DNA from: a bacterium
Lineage (GTDB): Archaea; Thermoplasmatota; E2; JACPAO01; JAHFTW01
NCBI GenBank assembly: GCA_040390065.1
Contig: JAZJZE010000009.1
Coordinates: 544,713-608,712 of the forward strand
Direction: 5' to 3'
DNA length: 64,000 bases
The notes beneath the pieces were generated by a model. The model had not been told where the DNA came from and did not search any database. It saw only the letters and a list, made by a program, of their open reading frames with translations. The position numbers and the translations under genes are program-made. Below are positions 10,287 through 20,083 of the stretch, piece by piece; position 1 is the stretch's first letter, and each line of letters begins with the position of its first letter.

Positions 10287-10808
10287 CTACACCGGAAGCG
10301 GGAACAGGCAGGACACATGGACGTCGTAGTACGGCGGCGACGTGTAGACGCTTGCAACACTGCAGTGGGGGTAATTGTCGACATCCTTGTTCGTGACGGG
10401 GAGAGACGGGATGCTTTCCGAGGGCGCGGCGCTGCCGTACGTCGCCGTCACGAAGTAGACGTAGGTGTCCGCGTCGTCGGCCCACGCATCGTGGACGGAA
10501 GTGCGCGCCGGGTTGAGCTGGATGGATATCGTCTGGCCCTCCTGGTCCGGCCCGGGGACTCGGTAGACGGTGTATCCTGTCAGCGGCAGTCCGCCGACGT
10601 TGCTTGGCGGGTCCCAACTCACGCGGTAGCCGGCGTTGGCCGCCGTGATGGTGACGTTCTGCGGCGCGTCCAGCGATTGGCCGCCGTAGGCGTCGATCGT
10701 GTACCCATCCGAGTCGTCGACGGAGATGGACAGGTCGGCCGTCGCGGTGGGAGCCGCCAAGAGCGACACGACCAAGGCGAGGGGTGCAAAGACGGCAAAT
10801 CGGCGCAT
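10287..10808 (-). CDS. Fibronectin type III domain secreted protein
   Basis: Signal peptide; APQNV...VSWDPPSNVGGLPLTGYTVYR...YVYFVTA. Confidence 0.85.
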   Translation of the reverse strand: MRRFAVFAPLALVVSLLAAPTATADLSISVDDSDGYTIDAYGGQSLDAPQNVTITAANAGYRVSWDPPSNVGGLPLTGYTVYRVPGPDQEGQTISIQLNPARTSVHDAWADDADTYVYFVTATYGSAAPSESIPSLPVTNKDVDNYPHCSVASVYTSPPYYDVHVSCLFPLPV

Positions 10809-10949
10809 GACACATCACCCAGATGGAGCGGCTGGAGGAGCAGGTCGGTGGTATATGACGCGATGCTCCGCGGCAGCGTCCATGGGGGGAAACCACGAGC
10901 AAGCATTTTTGTGTCTGAAGGCAGTGTCCCTGGCCACGGGTCGGCCGCC

Positions 10950-11432
10950 GTGACACGCCTTGACGAGACGAACGTCCAGCTTCTGCTGCTCCTTCAGAAG
11001 GACGGCCGCATGAGCGTTGCTGACCTTGCCACGGCCGTCGGCCGCTCCGAATCGACGGTCCGAGAGCGCATGGGTTCGCTGGAGCGCGAAGGCTTGCTGC
11101 GCGGCTACCACGCGGACATCGACTGGTCACGCGCCGGCCTCCCCGCAAGCGTCGTCCTGCACGCCCGCTGCGACCCGGCCAAACTGCCGGAACTCCGGCG
11201 CCGCCTTGCCAGCCTGCCCAACGTGACGGCGGCCTCCGTCGTCACTGGGGACCGCCCGCTCATGGCCCACCTCCAGGTGCGCGACATGCAGCACCTCCGG
11301 GAAATCCTGCAACGCAGCCTGCCGGACCTGGTTGCGCCCGAGGCCCGAGTCGTGCTCGAGTCGCTCGTCGACTGGCGCCCACCCACCGTGCCCGGCGCCG
11401 GCGCCGACCTCGACCCTCCAAGCCGCGGGTAG
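10950..11432 (+). CDS. Lrp/AsnC family transcriptional regulator
   Basis: LDETNVQLLLLLQKDGRMSVADLATAVGRSESTVRERMGSLEREGLLRGY HTH; GTG start. Confidence 0.92.
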   Translation: MTRLDETNVQLLLLLQKDGRMSVADLATAVGRSESTVRERMGSLEREGLLRGYHADIDWSRAGLPASVVLHARCDPAKLPELRRRLASLPNVTAASVVTGDRPLMAHLQVRDMQHLREILQRSLPDLVAPEARVVLESLVDWRPPTVPGAGADLDPPSRG

Positions 11433-11447
11433 CCAGGCGGCGTCGCG

Positions 11448-12440
11448 TTGGGACAGGCTTGGGAACCTTGGGCGGCGGCCGCGTTCGCCCCGATTGCCGT
11501 ATGGGTCCTGTGGCGGTTGCAGATCCTGTCCGTCGAGCTGCTTCGCTGGCGCCTCGTCAAACTGGCCGGCTGGCGCGGCACCCGCTGGCTCTACTCCATC
11601 GTGTCCTGGTTCGGCGTCTTCCTGCACGAGCTCAGCCACGCAAGCGTCCTACTCTTGTCCGGCCACGGCGTGAAGCAGTTCCGCGCCGGCGTCGAGCAGG
11701 GCCATGTCCTTCCGACGCGCATGCGGCGCGGGCCCATCGCGTTCCTGTCCTTCCTCCTGGCTGCGCTGGCGCCGCTCTTCATCCCGCCCGCCCTCGTCCT
11801 GGGAGGCCTCCTGCTCCTGGTGGACCCCAACCTGCTTGGGCTCCAAGACGGCGGGGCGGGCCTGCAAGGGGCCGTCGACGTGCTGCGCCATGAGTTCGTG
11901 GACTTCCCGGCAGCGCTGGCGCGCGCGCTCGCCGGCCTCGACCTGGCCGCGTGGCCGCAAGCGGTGGTCTTCGCCCTCGTGCTCGTTGGGATGCCCTCTT
12001 CGCGCCCCAGCCACATCAAGGGCAGCCGGTTCCACGGCACCTCCGACGAAGGCGACGTGGCCGTCTTGCGCTCGCGCATCCGGCAGAACCCCTTCATCTT
12101 CATCGCCTTCCTTGCGGTCCTGTACGCGGCATATTTTGCGGCGACGGCCGTCGCCGCTGCAAGCCGGCCGTACTGGTTCGCGTTCGAGGTGCTCTGGGCC
12201 ATCGCGCTCACCGGCATCGTCCTGGCGGTCGCCGGCGCCGTCTGGTGGACGCTCACGGGCCTGATGGCGCGCACCATCGCGCCGTTCGGTTGGCTAGGCC
12301 CCCTCGCGTTTGTGGCCTCCCAGGTCGTCCTGCGCGCACCGCACACGCTGTCCGTGGTGCAGGTCAACGGCCTCAGCGTCGCCATCTGGGCCGGCGTGGC
12401 CCTGGCCCTCCTCGTGCTCTTGCCACGCCGCCGCGGCTGA
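11448..12440 (+). CDS. Membrane metalloprotease (M50-like)
   Basis: FLHELSH zinc motif within a multi-TM protein. Confidence 0.75.
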   Translation: MGQAWEPWAAAAFAPIAVWVLWRLQILSVELLRWRLVKLAGWRGTRWLYSIVSWFGVFLHELSHASVLLLSGHGVKQFRAGVEQGHVLPTRMRRGPIAFLSFLLAALAPLFIPPALVLGGLLLLVDPNLLGLQDGGAGLQGAVDVLRHEFVDFPAALARALAGLDLAAWPQAVVFALVLVGMPSSRPSHIKGSRFHGTSDEGDVAVLRSRIRQNPFIFIAFLAVLYAAYFAATAVAAASRPYWFAFEVLWAIALTGIVLAVAGAVWWTLTGLMARTIAPFGWLGPLAFVASQVVLRAPHTLSVVQVNGLSVAIWAGVALALLVLLPRRRG

Positions 12441-12484
12441 AGCGGTTGCAAGGCCTTATTCCGCCAACACCGGTGGACTTCCTG

Positions 12485-13252
12485 ATGGCAGGGCCGCCAC
12501 TCTTGCCGGGTGAGCACGAGGAGTTGCGGTTGCGCCCTGCCGCCGCTGGCTGGCTCGGTCGTTACGCCCAGGCGCTGGTTCCGGCAGTCGGCGGCTTGGC
12601 GTTCTGGGCCCTCGCGGCGTGGCGCGGTGTCTGGGAGAACCCGCAGGCCAGCGCCCCCGACTGGCAGTTCTGGCTGCATTTCTGGGGCGACGACCAAGCG
12701 CTCGCATTCTACGTCGTCCTCGCCCTCGTGGCGTTCTGTATCGTGCATTACCTCCTGCGGCGACGCGTGCGCGCCTTCATCGTGGGCACCGCGGCGCTCC
12801 TTGCCATCATGGCGGGCTCCTCCATCTTCCGTGGCCTGCACATGCCGACGAGCACGGCGCTGCCCATCCTTCTGGCCTGCCTGTCTTTGCCGGCGCTTGC
12901 CTGGGCAGAATGGCGTCGCCGCAACACGTGGTACCTGTTCACCAACCTGCGCTTTGTCGTGCGCACGACGGGCCCGCTGCGGCGCGAGGAGTCGGTGCGC
13001 CACCAGGACCTCGTCGACTTGCAGGCCCGCCCCGGCATGGGCGACGTGGGCGCCCTGGTCCCGGTCCTCGGCCGCGACGCCGCCGCCTCGGGCGCCGCGG
13101 CCCCCCGCCTGCAGGGGATCCGGCCCTTCGCCCGTCTCAAGCCGTTTGCCGAACTCCTCGTGCAGCGCGCCACCGCAGGCGACTACCTGCGCGCCGAGGA
13201 ACGGCTCGACCAACGCATCGCCGAAGCCCGCTCCGCGCTGCAACGGCGCTAG
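12485..13252 (+). CDS. Membrane protein with bacterial PH-like C-terminal domain
   Basis: Four TM segments followed by RRNTWYLFTNLRFVV, typical of bPH domains. Confidence 0.7.
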   Translation: MAGPPLLPGEHEELRLRPAAAGWLGRYAQALVPAVGGLAFWALAAWRGVWENPQASAPDWQFWLHFWGDDQALAFYVVLALVAFCIVHYLLRRRVRAFIVGTAALLAIMAGSSIFRGLHMPTSTALPILLACLSLPALAWAEWRRRNTWYLFTNLRFVVRTTGPLRREESVRHQDLVDLQARPGMGDVGALVPVLGRDAAASGAAAPRLQGIRPFARLKPFAELLVQRATAGDYLRAEERLDQRIAEARSALQRR

Positions 13253-13303
13253 CGCATGCCCCCGGAGGCAAACCCTAAGTGGGGCATCGGAGTCAAGCCA
13301 CCC

Positions 13304-13618
13304 GTGCCCTTCTGTCCGAACTGCAAGAAGCTGGTCTACCCGGTAGCCGGCAAACTGCAGTGCAAGAACCCTGCCTGCGGCTGGACGTCGGAAGGCCCCG
13401 GGGCGAGCAACATCCACCGCACCGAGTCCAACGAGGGCAAGCGCCGTGTCGTCTTGGAGGAGAAGGTCGAGGCCCGCCCGGAGCAGGTGACGACGTGCCC
13501 GAAGTGCCAGCACGACAAGGCGTACTTCCACCTCATGCAGACGCGGCGCTCCGACGAACCGCCCACGCAGATCAACGAGTGCACCAAGTGCGGGCACTCC
13601 TGGCGCGACTACGGATGA
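13304..13618 (+). CDS. tfs: Transcription factor S (TFS/RpoM family)
   Basis: Two zinc ribbons; QTRRSDEPPT acidic hairpin. Confidence 0.93.
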   Translation: MPFCPNCKKLVYPVAGKLQCKNPACGWTSEGPGASNIHRTESNEGKRRVVLEEKVEARPEQVTTCPKCQHDKAYFHLMQTRRSDEPPTQINECTKCGHSWRDYG

Positions 13619-13632
13619 CCCAAGGCCGCACT

Positions 13633-14178
13633 TCAGCGTGAACGCCGCGTGACGCGGCGCGTCGTGGTATGCGTCCGGCGCACGCCCCGCACCGGCCGAC
13701 GCGAGATGCTCTTGGTCTTGCGGGTCACGACCTGCTTGCGTCCGCTCGACGTGCGCTGCACGACGGAATCCGTGCGCACGGTGCCTTGGACGATGGAGCC
13801 GTCGGGCTGCCTAAGCGCCGAGCGGGCGATGCCGGTGTATTGCGTGGTGCCAGGCGCGACGGGCGGCAACGTGACGGCCGTCGGCTGCTCCGCTGCGGGC
13901 GCTTCCGTCTCGGCCTGTGCCGTGTAGACCCGGCGGCGCGCCGGCCGCGCGGACGGCCGGTAGGTCTCGACAACGGTCACGCTTGCCGGCGTCGCCCTTT
14001 GCGTGTGCCGCTGGTTGGCGGAACGGGCCGTCAGCAGCAGGGCCGCCACGATGACGAGGCCGACGCCACCAAGGATGTACGGCGCCCATGCGAGACCGGT
14101 TTGCATGGCCACGAGGACCACCGCCACGGCGACGAGGGCGATGCCGAAGAACCAGAGGACACCGCGCGCAAAGCTCAT
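13633..14178 (-). CDS. Hypothetical membrane protein with basic C-terminal tail
   Basis: Two N-terminal TM segments and an Arg/Thr-rich tail; TATA-like TTAAA upstream. Confidence 0.7.
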   Translation of the reverse strand: MSFARGVLWFFGIALVAVAVVLVAMQTGLAWAPYILGGVGLVIVAALLLTARSANQRHTQRATPASVTVVETYRPSARPARRRVYTAQAETEAPAAEQPTAVTLPPVAPGTTQYTGIARSALRQPDGSIVQGTVRTDSVVQRTSSGRKQVVTRKTKSISRRPVRGVRRTHTTTRRVTRRSR

Positions 14179-14231
14179 GATGGACCCTCGGCGCGCTGCG
14201 TTTAATGCGTTTTCCCCGCGTCGCGGCCGAC

Positions 14232-14416
14232 CTATACGTCGCTTGCGGCCGCGGCAGGCATGGCCGGCGCCGTCGCGGCGGTGGCGGGCACCACGGACAG
14301 GCCGTCGCCATCCTCGACGCGCACCAGTCCGCTTTGCTCCGGCCGCCGGACGTGGTAATGCGCAGCGCCGTACGTGAGGCCGACCCGGGCTGCGATTTCG
14401 CCGAGCCTTGCGCCTC
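14232..14416 (-). pseudogene. Winged-helix HTH gene remnant abutting MITE
   Basis: RLGEIAARVGLTYGAAHYHVRR..SGLV HTH-like segment whose 5' part is replaced by the MITE. Confidence 0.5.
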
Positions 14417-14684
14417 GAGGCCGTTTCATAACTGCCAGGGTGCCTGCGTCATTTTCCGGCCTTCGCAATCCCGTTGCGGGCGGCCGCCGGCGGGCCGGCA
14501 GCCCGCCAAGGCCGCCCGCGACGGGAGTGTGTGGCCGGAAAATGACCCGGAGGGCGCGCCGCTTTACGGCGGATGGCGTCGTCGGAATTGCCTCGGCGTG
14601 GCGGTGCCACGTGGTCGGCAACTCCTCCTAGCCCTCCTTGCAAACCGGCGCGCGCAGGCTTCCTGGAAGTTATGAAACAGCCTC
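14417..14684 (-). mobile_element. MITE family A, copy 1 (268 bp)
   Basis: Imperfect ~32-bp TIRs (GAGGCCGTTTCATAACTGCCAGG... / ...CCTGGAAGTTATGAAACAGCCTC); homologous, inverted, to 59757-60024. Confidence 0.88.
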
Positions 14685-14915
14685 TACTGTCGCGACGGGG
14701 ACGACCGCCAGCCTCAGGGTTGCAAGGGCACAGAGGGCCAGGGTCGCACGGACCATGGAACTGAACCATCCGAATGCGATTCTAAAGGAGTTTGGTCATC
14801 CCCTGAGTCGCCCAGCTTGCCCGCGCGGGCCACGGCCTCCATGTGAAACCATCCCTCGCCTGTTGCTTACGCTTAAGTCCGAACCTCCTTTGGCTCGGCC
14901 AATCCCGGTGCGTTC

Positions 14916-15653
14916 ATGTTCAAGGCCAAGGTCAAAGTCGAAGTCCTCACCACCGTTCTCAATGCCGTGTCGACGTTGGTGGACGAGGCCAAGATCCAGT
15001 TGACGCCGGAAGGCCTGAACCTGAAGGCCGTCGACCCCGCCCACGTCGCCATGGTCGACCTCAGCCTTGGCAAGAAGGCCTTCGCCGAGTACAAGGCGAC
15101 GGACATGGACATCGGCGTCGACCTCGACAAGCTGAAGGACATCCTCAAGCTCGCCGGCGGCCAGGACACCATCGACATCGAGTACAAGGAAGACGCGCAC
15201 AAGCTGGTCTTCAAGATCGGCCACGTCACGCGCCGCATGTCGCTCGTCGACACGGCCAACATCAACGACCCGAAAGTGCCAAACCTCAACCTGCCCAACC
15301 AAGTCACGGTCCTGGCCCGCGAACTGAAGAACGGCATCCGCGCCTCGGAGGCCGTCTCCGACCACATCGCCCTCGTGGCGCACGGCAAGTCGTTCGAGCT
15401 CCTCGCCGAAGGCGACACGGACCAGGTTCACCTCAAGCTCGAGGGCGACGATATCATCAAGATCCAGGCGCCGGACAAGTCGCGCAGCCTCTTCTCGCTC
15501 GATTACTTCAGCAACATGGCGAAGGTCGTCGGCGACGCAAGCGCCATCACGCTGCACCTCGGCTCCGACTACCCCGTCCGCATCGAGTTCGACATCGCGG
15601 ACGGGGCGGGACACATCGTGTACCTTCTGGCGCCGCGTATCGAGAGCGAATAG
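14916..15653 (+). CDS. pcn: DNA polymerase sliding clamp PCNA
   Basis: AVDPAHVAMVDL...YLLAPRIE; TATA-like CTTAAG about 40 bp upstream. Confidence 0.97.
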   Translation: MFKAKVKVEVLTTVLNAVSTLVDEAKIQLTPEGLNLKAVDPAHVAMVDLSLGKKAFAEYKATDMDIGVDLDKLKDILKLAGGQDTIDIEYKEDAHKLVFKIGHVTRRMSLVDTANINDPKVPNLNLPNQVTVLARELKNGIRASEAVSDHIALVAHGKSFELLAEGDTDQVHLKLEGDDIIKIQAPDKSRSLFSLDYFSNMAKVVGDASAITLHLGSDYPVRIEFDIADGAGHIVYLLAPRIESE

Positions 15654-15655
15654 GC

Positions 15656-16039
15656 ATGCGGGCCGCCGCGGGGCTCTGCGTCGTCGCCGCCCTGCTTGTC
15701 GCCGGTTGCTCGGGCGGCAGTTCGCCGACCCTGGACCGCACCTTGCCGGGCGCGGCCCACATTTCCGGCTCCGGGTTCTCAACGAATGTCCAGACGGACC
15801 ATGTCCAGTGCGCCGCCCACGGGCACATGGATGTCCATACCAACGGTTTCGGCACCTTGACCGTGGATTTGCGCGACGCATCCGGTCGCTTGGTCTTCAC
15901 GGTCACGACCGTAAATCAAGGCGAGACGACCCGTCACGAGGACGTCAACGGCACGGCCGGAGTCTGGACGCTGACGGTCGACCCGGGCGCGCCCCACTAC
16001 CAGGGCGACTTCGACGTCAAGCTCGACTGCAAGGTCTAA
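15656..16039 (+). CDS. Small lipoprotein (paralog 1 of 3)
   Basis: Lipobox VAGC; C-terminal GVWTLTVD...FDVKLDC. Confidence 0.75.
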   Translation: MRAAAGLCVVAALLVAGCSGGSSPTLDRTLPGAAHISGSGFSTNVQTDHVQCAAHGHMDVHTNGFGTLTVDLRDASGRLVFTVTTVNQGETTRHEDVNGTAGVWTLTVDPGAPHYQGDFDVKLDCKV

Positions 16040-16089
16040 GCGGCACGCCGGCCCCCTAGATTCATGAGGCCTCTCACGATGGCGAGGAC

Positions 16090-16500
16090 GTGCGCGCCCT
16101 GGCGACCCTGCTCGTGCTATTGTCCGTTGCCGCCTTCACGTCGGGCTGCGCCTCCCCACAACCCGAGAACCTCTCCGGCCACTACGCCTACATCGACTGG
16201 AACGAATCGACCCAGTCGTGCACCAACAACAATTGTGATTACGGCACGAACAACCGCGTCCTCACCTACAACGTGACCTGCGGACCCGACCCTATCCTCA
16301 GTTGGGACCTCAAGAACTGGATCCACGGCTCCATGGTCGTGCGCGTCCTCGACCCGACCGGCGCGCAGGCGGACAAGCGGACGTTGTCCAGCAACAGCCA
16401 CGGCTCCGCGCCCATGCACGGCCCGGGAGGTGCGTGGACTCTGGAAGGCACGAGCCACGACGCCAACGGCAACTTGCAGGTCCGGCTGACCTGCGCGTAG
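16090..16500 (+). CDS. Small lipoprotein (paralog 2 of 3)
   Basis: Lipobox TSGC; C-terminal GAWTLEG...LQVRLTC. Confidence 0.75.
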   Translation: MRALATLLVLLSVAAFTSGCASPQPENLSGHYAYIDWNESTQSCTNNNCDYGTNNRVLTYNVTCGPDPILSWDLKNWIHGSMVVRVLDPTGAQADKRTLSSNSHGSAPMHGPGGAWTLEGTSHDANGNLQVRLTCA

Positions 16501-16531
16501 GTTCAAGAGACCCTCTCATGATGAGCGGGGC

Positions 16532-16909
16532 ATGCGTGTCGCGGTCGTCGCCATCGTCGTCCTCCTGGCCGGTTGCTCGGCGCCCCTCCGGCTGCGCATC
16601 GACGTCCATGACTCCTACGGTGGCACGACGACGATCAACGGCGACGTCCGCTACAACCCGACGGGCCACCAGCAGGACTACACGGCCTCGTGTGGCGGCA
16701 CCGGCCACCTCAAGGTCGGCCTGTCCGAGTACCATCTGGGCGGAGCCGCGTTCGTGGCCAAGGACGCCGGCGGCATCGTCCTCGCGGAGATTCACCTCAA
16801 CCAGGTGGACTCGCAGGAGCGCGACATCTCCGGCGGAGCGGGGATGTGGCTGGTCCACGTGGGCCTGGACCGCTTCAACGGCGCCTTCGACTTGCAACTC
16901 TCCTGTTGA
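16532..16909 (+). CDS. Small lipoprotein (paralog 3 of 3)
   Basis: Lipobox LAGC; C-terminal GMWLVHV...FDLQLSC. Confidence 0.78.
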   Translation: MRVAVVAIVVLLAGCSAPLRLRIDVHDSYGGTTTINGDVRYNPTGHQQDYTASCGGTGHLKVGLSEYHLGGAAFVAKDAGGIVLAEIHLNQVDSQERDISGGAGMWLVHVGLDRFNGAFDLQLSC

Positions 16910-16950
16910 CCCCCCCAAAGTCTGAAGGGGAAAGCCGGCGTGGCCCAAGC

Positions 16951-18078
16951 GTGGCCGACCTGGTCCGCCTGGCATTCTACCCGTTCCTGCCGGAGGTGCG
17001 GGACGCGGTGCGCGAGGCCGGACCTGACCTGGATGCGGTGCTTCGTTCGCCCCTGTACCAGGGTGTGCGCAGCCGGGCGGTGCAGCGCGTCGAGGGCGCG
17101 CTCGGCGACGGCTTTGGCCCGGCTCAGGTCGTCGACGAACGGACCGGGCTCCTCGAACTCCTCTCCATCCCGGTCGCGCGCATGCTCATCGTCCTGCTCG
17201 GCGAGAAAGGCGTCGTGCCGCGCTACGCCGCCGCCGAAGCCCGCCTCGTGCATGACCGCATCGTCGCCGACCACGACGACGAAGCCGTCGTGCAGGCCGC
17301 CGCCGCCCTCGGCATCCCGGCCGAGGGAACAGACTCCGTATGGCGGATGCACTTCTCGGCCTACATCCGCCTGGCTCCCGTGCACTTGCCGCAATGGAAG
17401 CTGCTGCGGCGGCCCGTGCAGGCCGGCAACGTGTGGCTGGACCGCAGTGACATGGCGAGACTCATCGAGGAGGCCTTGAAGCGCCGCATCGCGGACGACC
17501 TCGATGCAGAGCGGGCCAAGCCGCTGCCGGAGGAGGTCAAGGCCGCCCTCGCCCCGTTGGTCGAGCGACTTGCTCCGCGGCTCGAGGAAGCGCGCGAAGC
17601 GTGGAGCCAAGGCGACTTCGGTCCCGTCAAGCCCGAGTTGTTCCCGCCGTGCATCAAGGAGATTTTCGAGTCCCTGAAGCGCAGCGAGAACGTGCCGCAC
17701 CACGGCCGCTTCGCCTTCGCCACCTTCCTGCACACCGTTGGCTGGAACTCCGAGGCCATCCTGGATTACCTTGCATCGACGCCGAACTTCGACCGCGAGA
17801 AGTCACGCTACCAGATCGAGCACGTGACGGGCGGCAAATCCGTGCAGGCGTACACGCCACCCGGCTGCGGCACGATGCAGACGAACGGCGTCTGCCCCCT
17901 GGCCAAGCGTGACGGCTTGTGCTTCAAGATCAAGCATCCGCTCAGCTACTACCGGGCGCAACTCAAGTTCAGGGCGCGTGACGAGGAGAAGGCGGCGGCG
18001 ATTCTGGCTGCGACGACCCCGTCACAACCGCCGATACCGCCGATGACGCCGAACGCCGCCTCGGAGGTTAGGCCGTGA
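16951..18078 (+). CDS. priL: DNA primase large subunit
   Basis: YPFL, FPPCI, HHGRF and YTPPGC...GVC...C..IKHPLSYY Fe-S domain motifs. Confidence 0.95.
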   Translation: MADLVRLAFYPFLPEVRDAVREAGPDLDAVLRSPLYQGVRSRAVQRVEGALGDGFGPAQVVDERTGLLELLSIPVARMLIVLLGEKGVVPRYAAAEARLVHDRIVADHDDEAVVQAAAALGIPAEGTDSVWRMHFSAYIRLAPVHLPQWKLLRRPVQAGNVWLDRSDMARLIEEALKRRIADDLDAERAKPLPEEVKAALAPLVERLAPRLEEAREAWSQGDFGPVKPELFPPCIKEIFESLKRSENVPHHGRFAFATFLHTVGWNSEAILDYLASTPNFDREKSRYQIEHVTGGKSVQAYTPPGCGTMQTNGVCPLAKRDGLCFKIKHPLSYYRAQLKFRARDEEKAAAILAATTPSQPPIPPMTPNAASEVRP

Positions 18079-18091
18079 CGCCGACGGAACG

Positions 18092-18161
18092 AACCACTGA
18101 AACCACTGAACGCACTGAAACGCCGGACGGTAGTTCAGTGGGTTCAGTGAGCTCAGTGGTT
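18092..18161. repeat. Inverted pair of 3x9-nt repeats (ACCACTGAA) forming a 28-bp hairpin
   Basis: Arms 18092-18119 and 18134-18161 are reverse-complementary with about 4 mismatches. Confidence 0.85.
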
Positions 18162-18348
18162 AGGGCGGCGGTGCCGCGTGGTTGACGCCCCCCGAATCGC
18201 CCAGAACACTGAGCGCGTTGAACGTGTCGTGGGTAGCCCAGTGAAGTCCGTGCGTTCGGTGGCTCGGCCGGGGTCCAGACGGAGCACCGACAGTGGAAAG
18301 GGAGGGTTGAGCGTTGTCTCGAGGCCGTATGTTCCGCGGGCGACGTTC

Positions 18349-18690
18349 ATGTTGCGGCTGGCCTCCGTACTACTTGCGCTCGTCAGCGTGACTCAGATAT
18401 TGGTCTCCCTTGCGCGCCTTTTCTCCCTTCGCCCTTGGGCGATTGGCTTCTTCATCTCTGGCCTCCTGGCCGGATGCGCGGCGTGGGGCGCCTGGAACAG
18501 CAAGGCTTGGGCGCGCTGGGTGAGCTACGCGAGCCTGGCCGTGGCGGCCGCGGCGACGGCAATTGGTAGCTACGGACAGTCATGGGCCTGGCTGGCCTGG
18601 TGGTGGTGGGCCGGGTCGTACCTCTGGCCTGAATTGGCCTTGCATGCCGCGATGATCCGTCGCCCCTTGGCCGAGGTGCCGCGTGCCTGA
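18349..18690 (+). CDS. Small hypothetical membrane protein
   Basis: Four hydrophobic segments; overlaps the priS start; lower-GC codons. Confidence 0.55.
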   Translation: MLRLASVLLALVSVTQILVSLARLFSLRPWAIGFFISGLLAGCAAWGAWNSKAWARWVSYASLAVAAAATAIGSYGQSWAWLAWWWWAGSYLWPELALHAAMIRRPLAEVPRA

Positions 18691-20059
18691 CGCATCCGAT
18701 TCGTCGGTGAAATCGGTGGTTCCGCCCGAGGCGAAACCAACCGCGCCCGAGCAACCTCCAGCTAAACCTCCGCAGCCCACCACGTTCCCCCCCGCCGTCG
18801 CGAAGACGATTGACTGGCTGCAAGGCCAATACGCCGATTGGTACCGCGACAACCCGCCACCGATGCCGGACCGCTTCACGCGCCGCGAATTCGGTTTCAT
18901 CCTGTGGCCAGACAAGCCGGGGCCGCCGCCATTTGTCCGGCACCGCGCGTACGAGAACGCCGATCGCTTGCATTGGTACTTGCAGAAGCAGGGTCCGCAC
19001 TCGGCGTACTACTCGACGGCGTACTACCGCCGGCCGGGCGAGATGAAGATGCTCGACAAGCAGTGGCTCGGCGCGGAACTCATCTTCGACTTGGACGCCG
19101 ACCACCTCGTCGAAGCCGAGAAGGCGAAGGCGGAAGGCCACGAGATGCCGCTGGCCGAGCAGCTCGCACTCGTCAAGACGCAGTTCAAGCGCCTTCTTGA
19201 CGAATTCCTCTTCGGCGACTTCGGCCTCGGAGAAGACGACGTGTGGATCACGTTCAGTGGCGGCCGCGGCTACCACGCCCACGTCATCGAGGAGCGCCTC
19301 ATGCAGTTGGATTCCAAGGCGCGGCGCGAGATCGTCGACTACATCACCGGCAAGGTGCCGACGGAGAAGGGCACCGAAAAGCCGGACCTGTCGCTGTTCA
19401 TCACGGAGACCACCGTTGCCGCGGATTCGTTTGCCGGACGCACCAAGAAGCTCACTCAGGAGCGCATGGCGCCGGCGGGGACGCCCGGATGGCCCGGTCG
19501 CCTTACGCGCACGCTGGCCCAGACGTTGCGGACGCACGTGCTCGATGCCGAAAAGAAGGACGCCAAGCGGTGGCTCACCAGCATGGACGGCATCGGCGAA
19601 GGCGGGGCCACGAAGTTCATCGAGCGCTTCGATGAGAAGTCCCTGGCCCGCATCGAGCAAGGGTTCGTCGACCAGGGCCCAGTCATCCGTCGCATCTGTT
19701 ACCACGTCCTGCAGCAGGCCACGATCCCGATGGCCAAAGGCGAGACGGACGAGCCCGTCACGGCGGACACGAAGCGCCTCATCCGCCTGCCGGGAAGCCT
19801 GCATGGCAAATCGGGGCTCAAGGTCGTGACCTTGCGCCGCGACGACTTGGACGCCTTCGAGCCGCTGCGCGACGCGGTCGCGTTCAGCATGGAGCCGACG
19901 CGCATCGTGCCCCGCAACGACGCCGAGATGACGCTGGCAGGGGAACGCGTCGTCGTGAAGAAGGGCGAAGCCGTCGACGTGCCGAAAGCGCACGCCGTCT
20001 TCTGGCTGGCGCGCCAAGGCGGGACGATTTTCCAGGAGCAGCCGTCCACCAACCGTTAA
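18683..20059 (+). CDS. priS: DNA primase small (catalytic) subunit
   Basis: RREFGF, ELIFDLDAD, FSGGRGYH and DEPVTADTKRLIRLPGSLHGKSG motifs. Confidence 0.96.
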   Translation: MPDASDSSVKSVVPPEAKPTAPEQPPAKPPQPTTFPPAVAKTIDWLQGQYADWYRDNPPPMPDRFTRREFGFILWPDKPGPPPFVRHRAYENADRLHWYLQKQGPHSAYYSTAYYRRPGEMKMLDKQWLGAELIFDLDADHLVEAEKAKAEGHEMPLAEQLALVKTQFKRLLDEFLFGDFGLGEDDVWITFSGGRGYHAHVIEERLMQLDSKARREIVDYITGKVPTEKGTEKPDLSLFITETTVAADSFAGRTKKLTQERMAPAGTPGWPGRLTRTLAQTLRTHVLDAEKKDAKRWLTSMDGIGEGGATKFIERFDEKSLARIEQGFVDQGPVIRRICYHVLQQATIPMAKGETDEPVTADTKRLIRLPGSLHGKSGLKVVTLRRDDLDAFEPLRDAVAFSMEPTRIVPRNDAEMTLAGERVVVKKGEAVDVPKAHAVFWLARQGGTIFQEQPSTNR

Positions 20060-20083
20060 ACGCCCGGTGCCGCTCAAAGGGTC

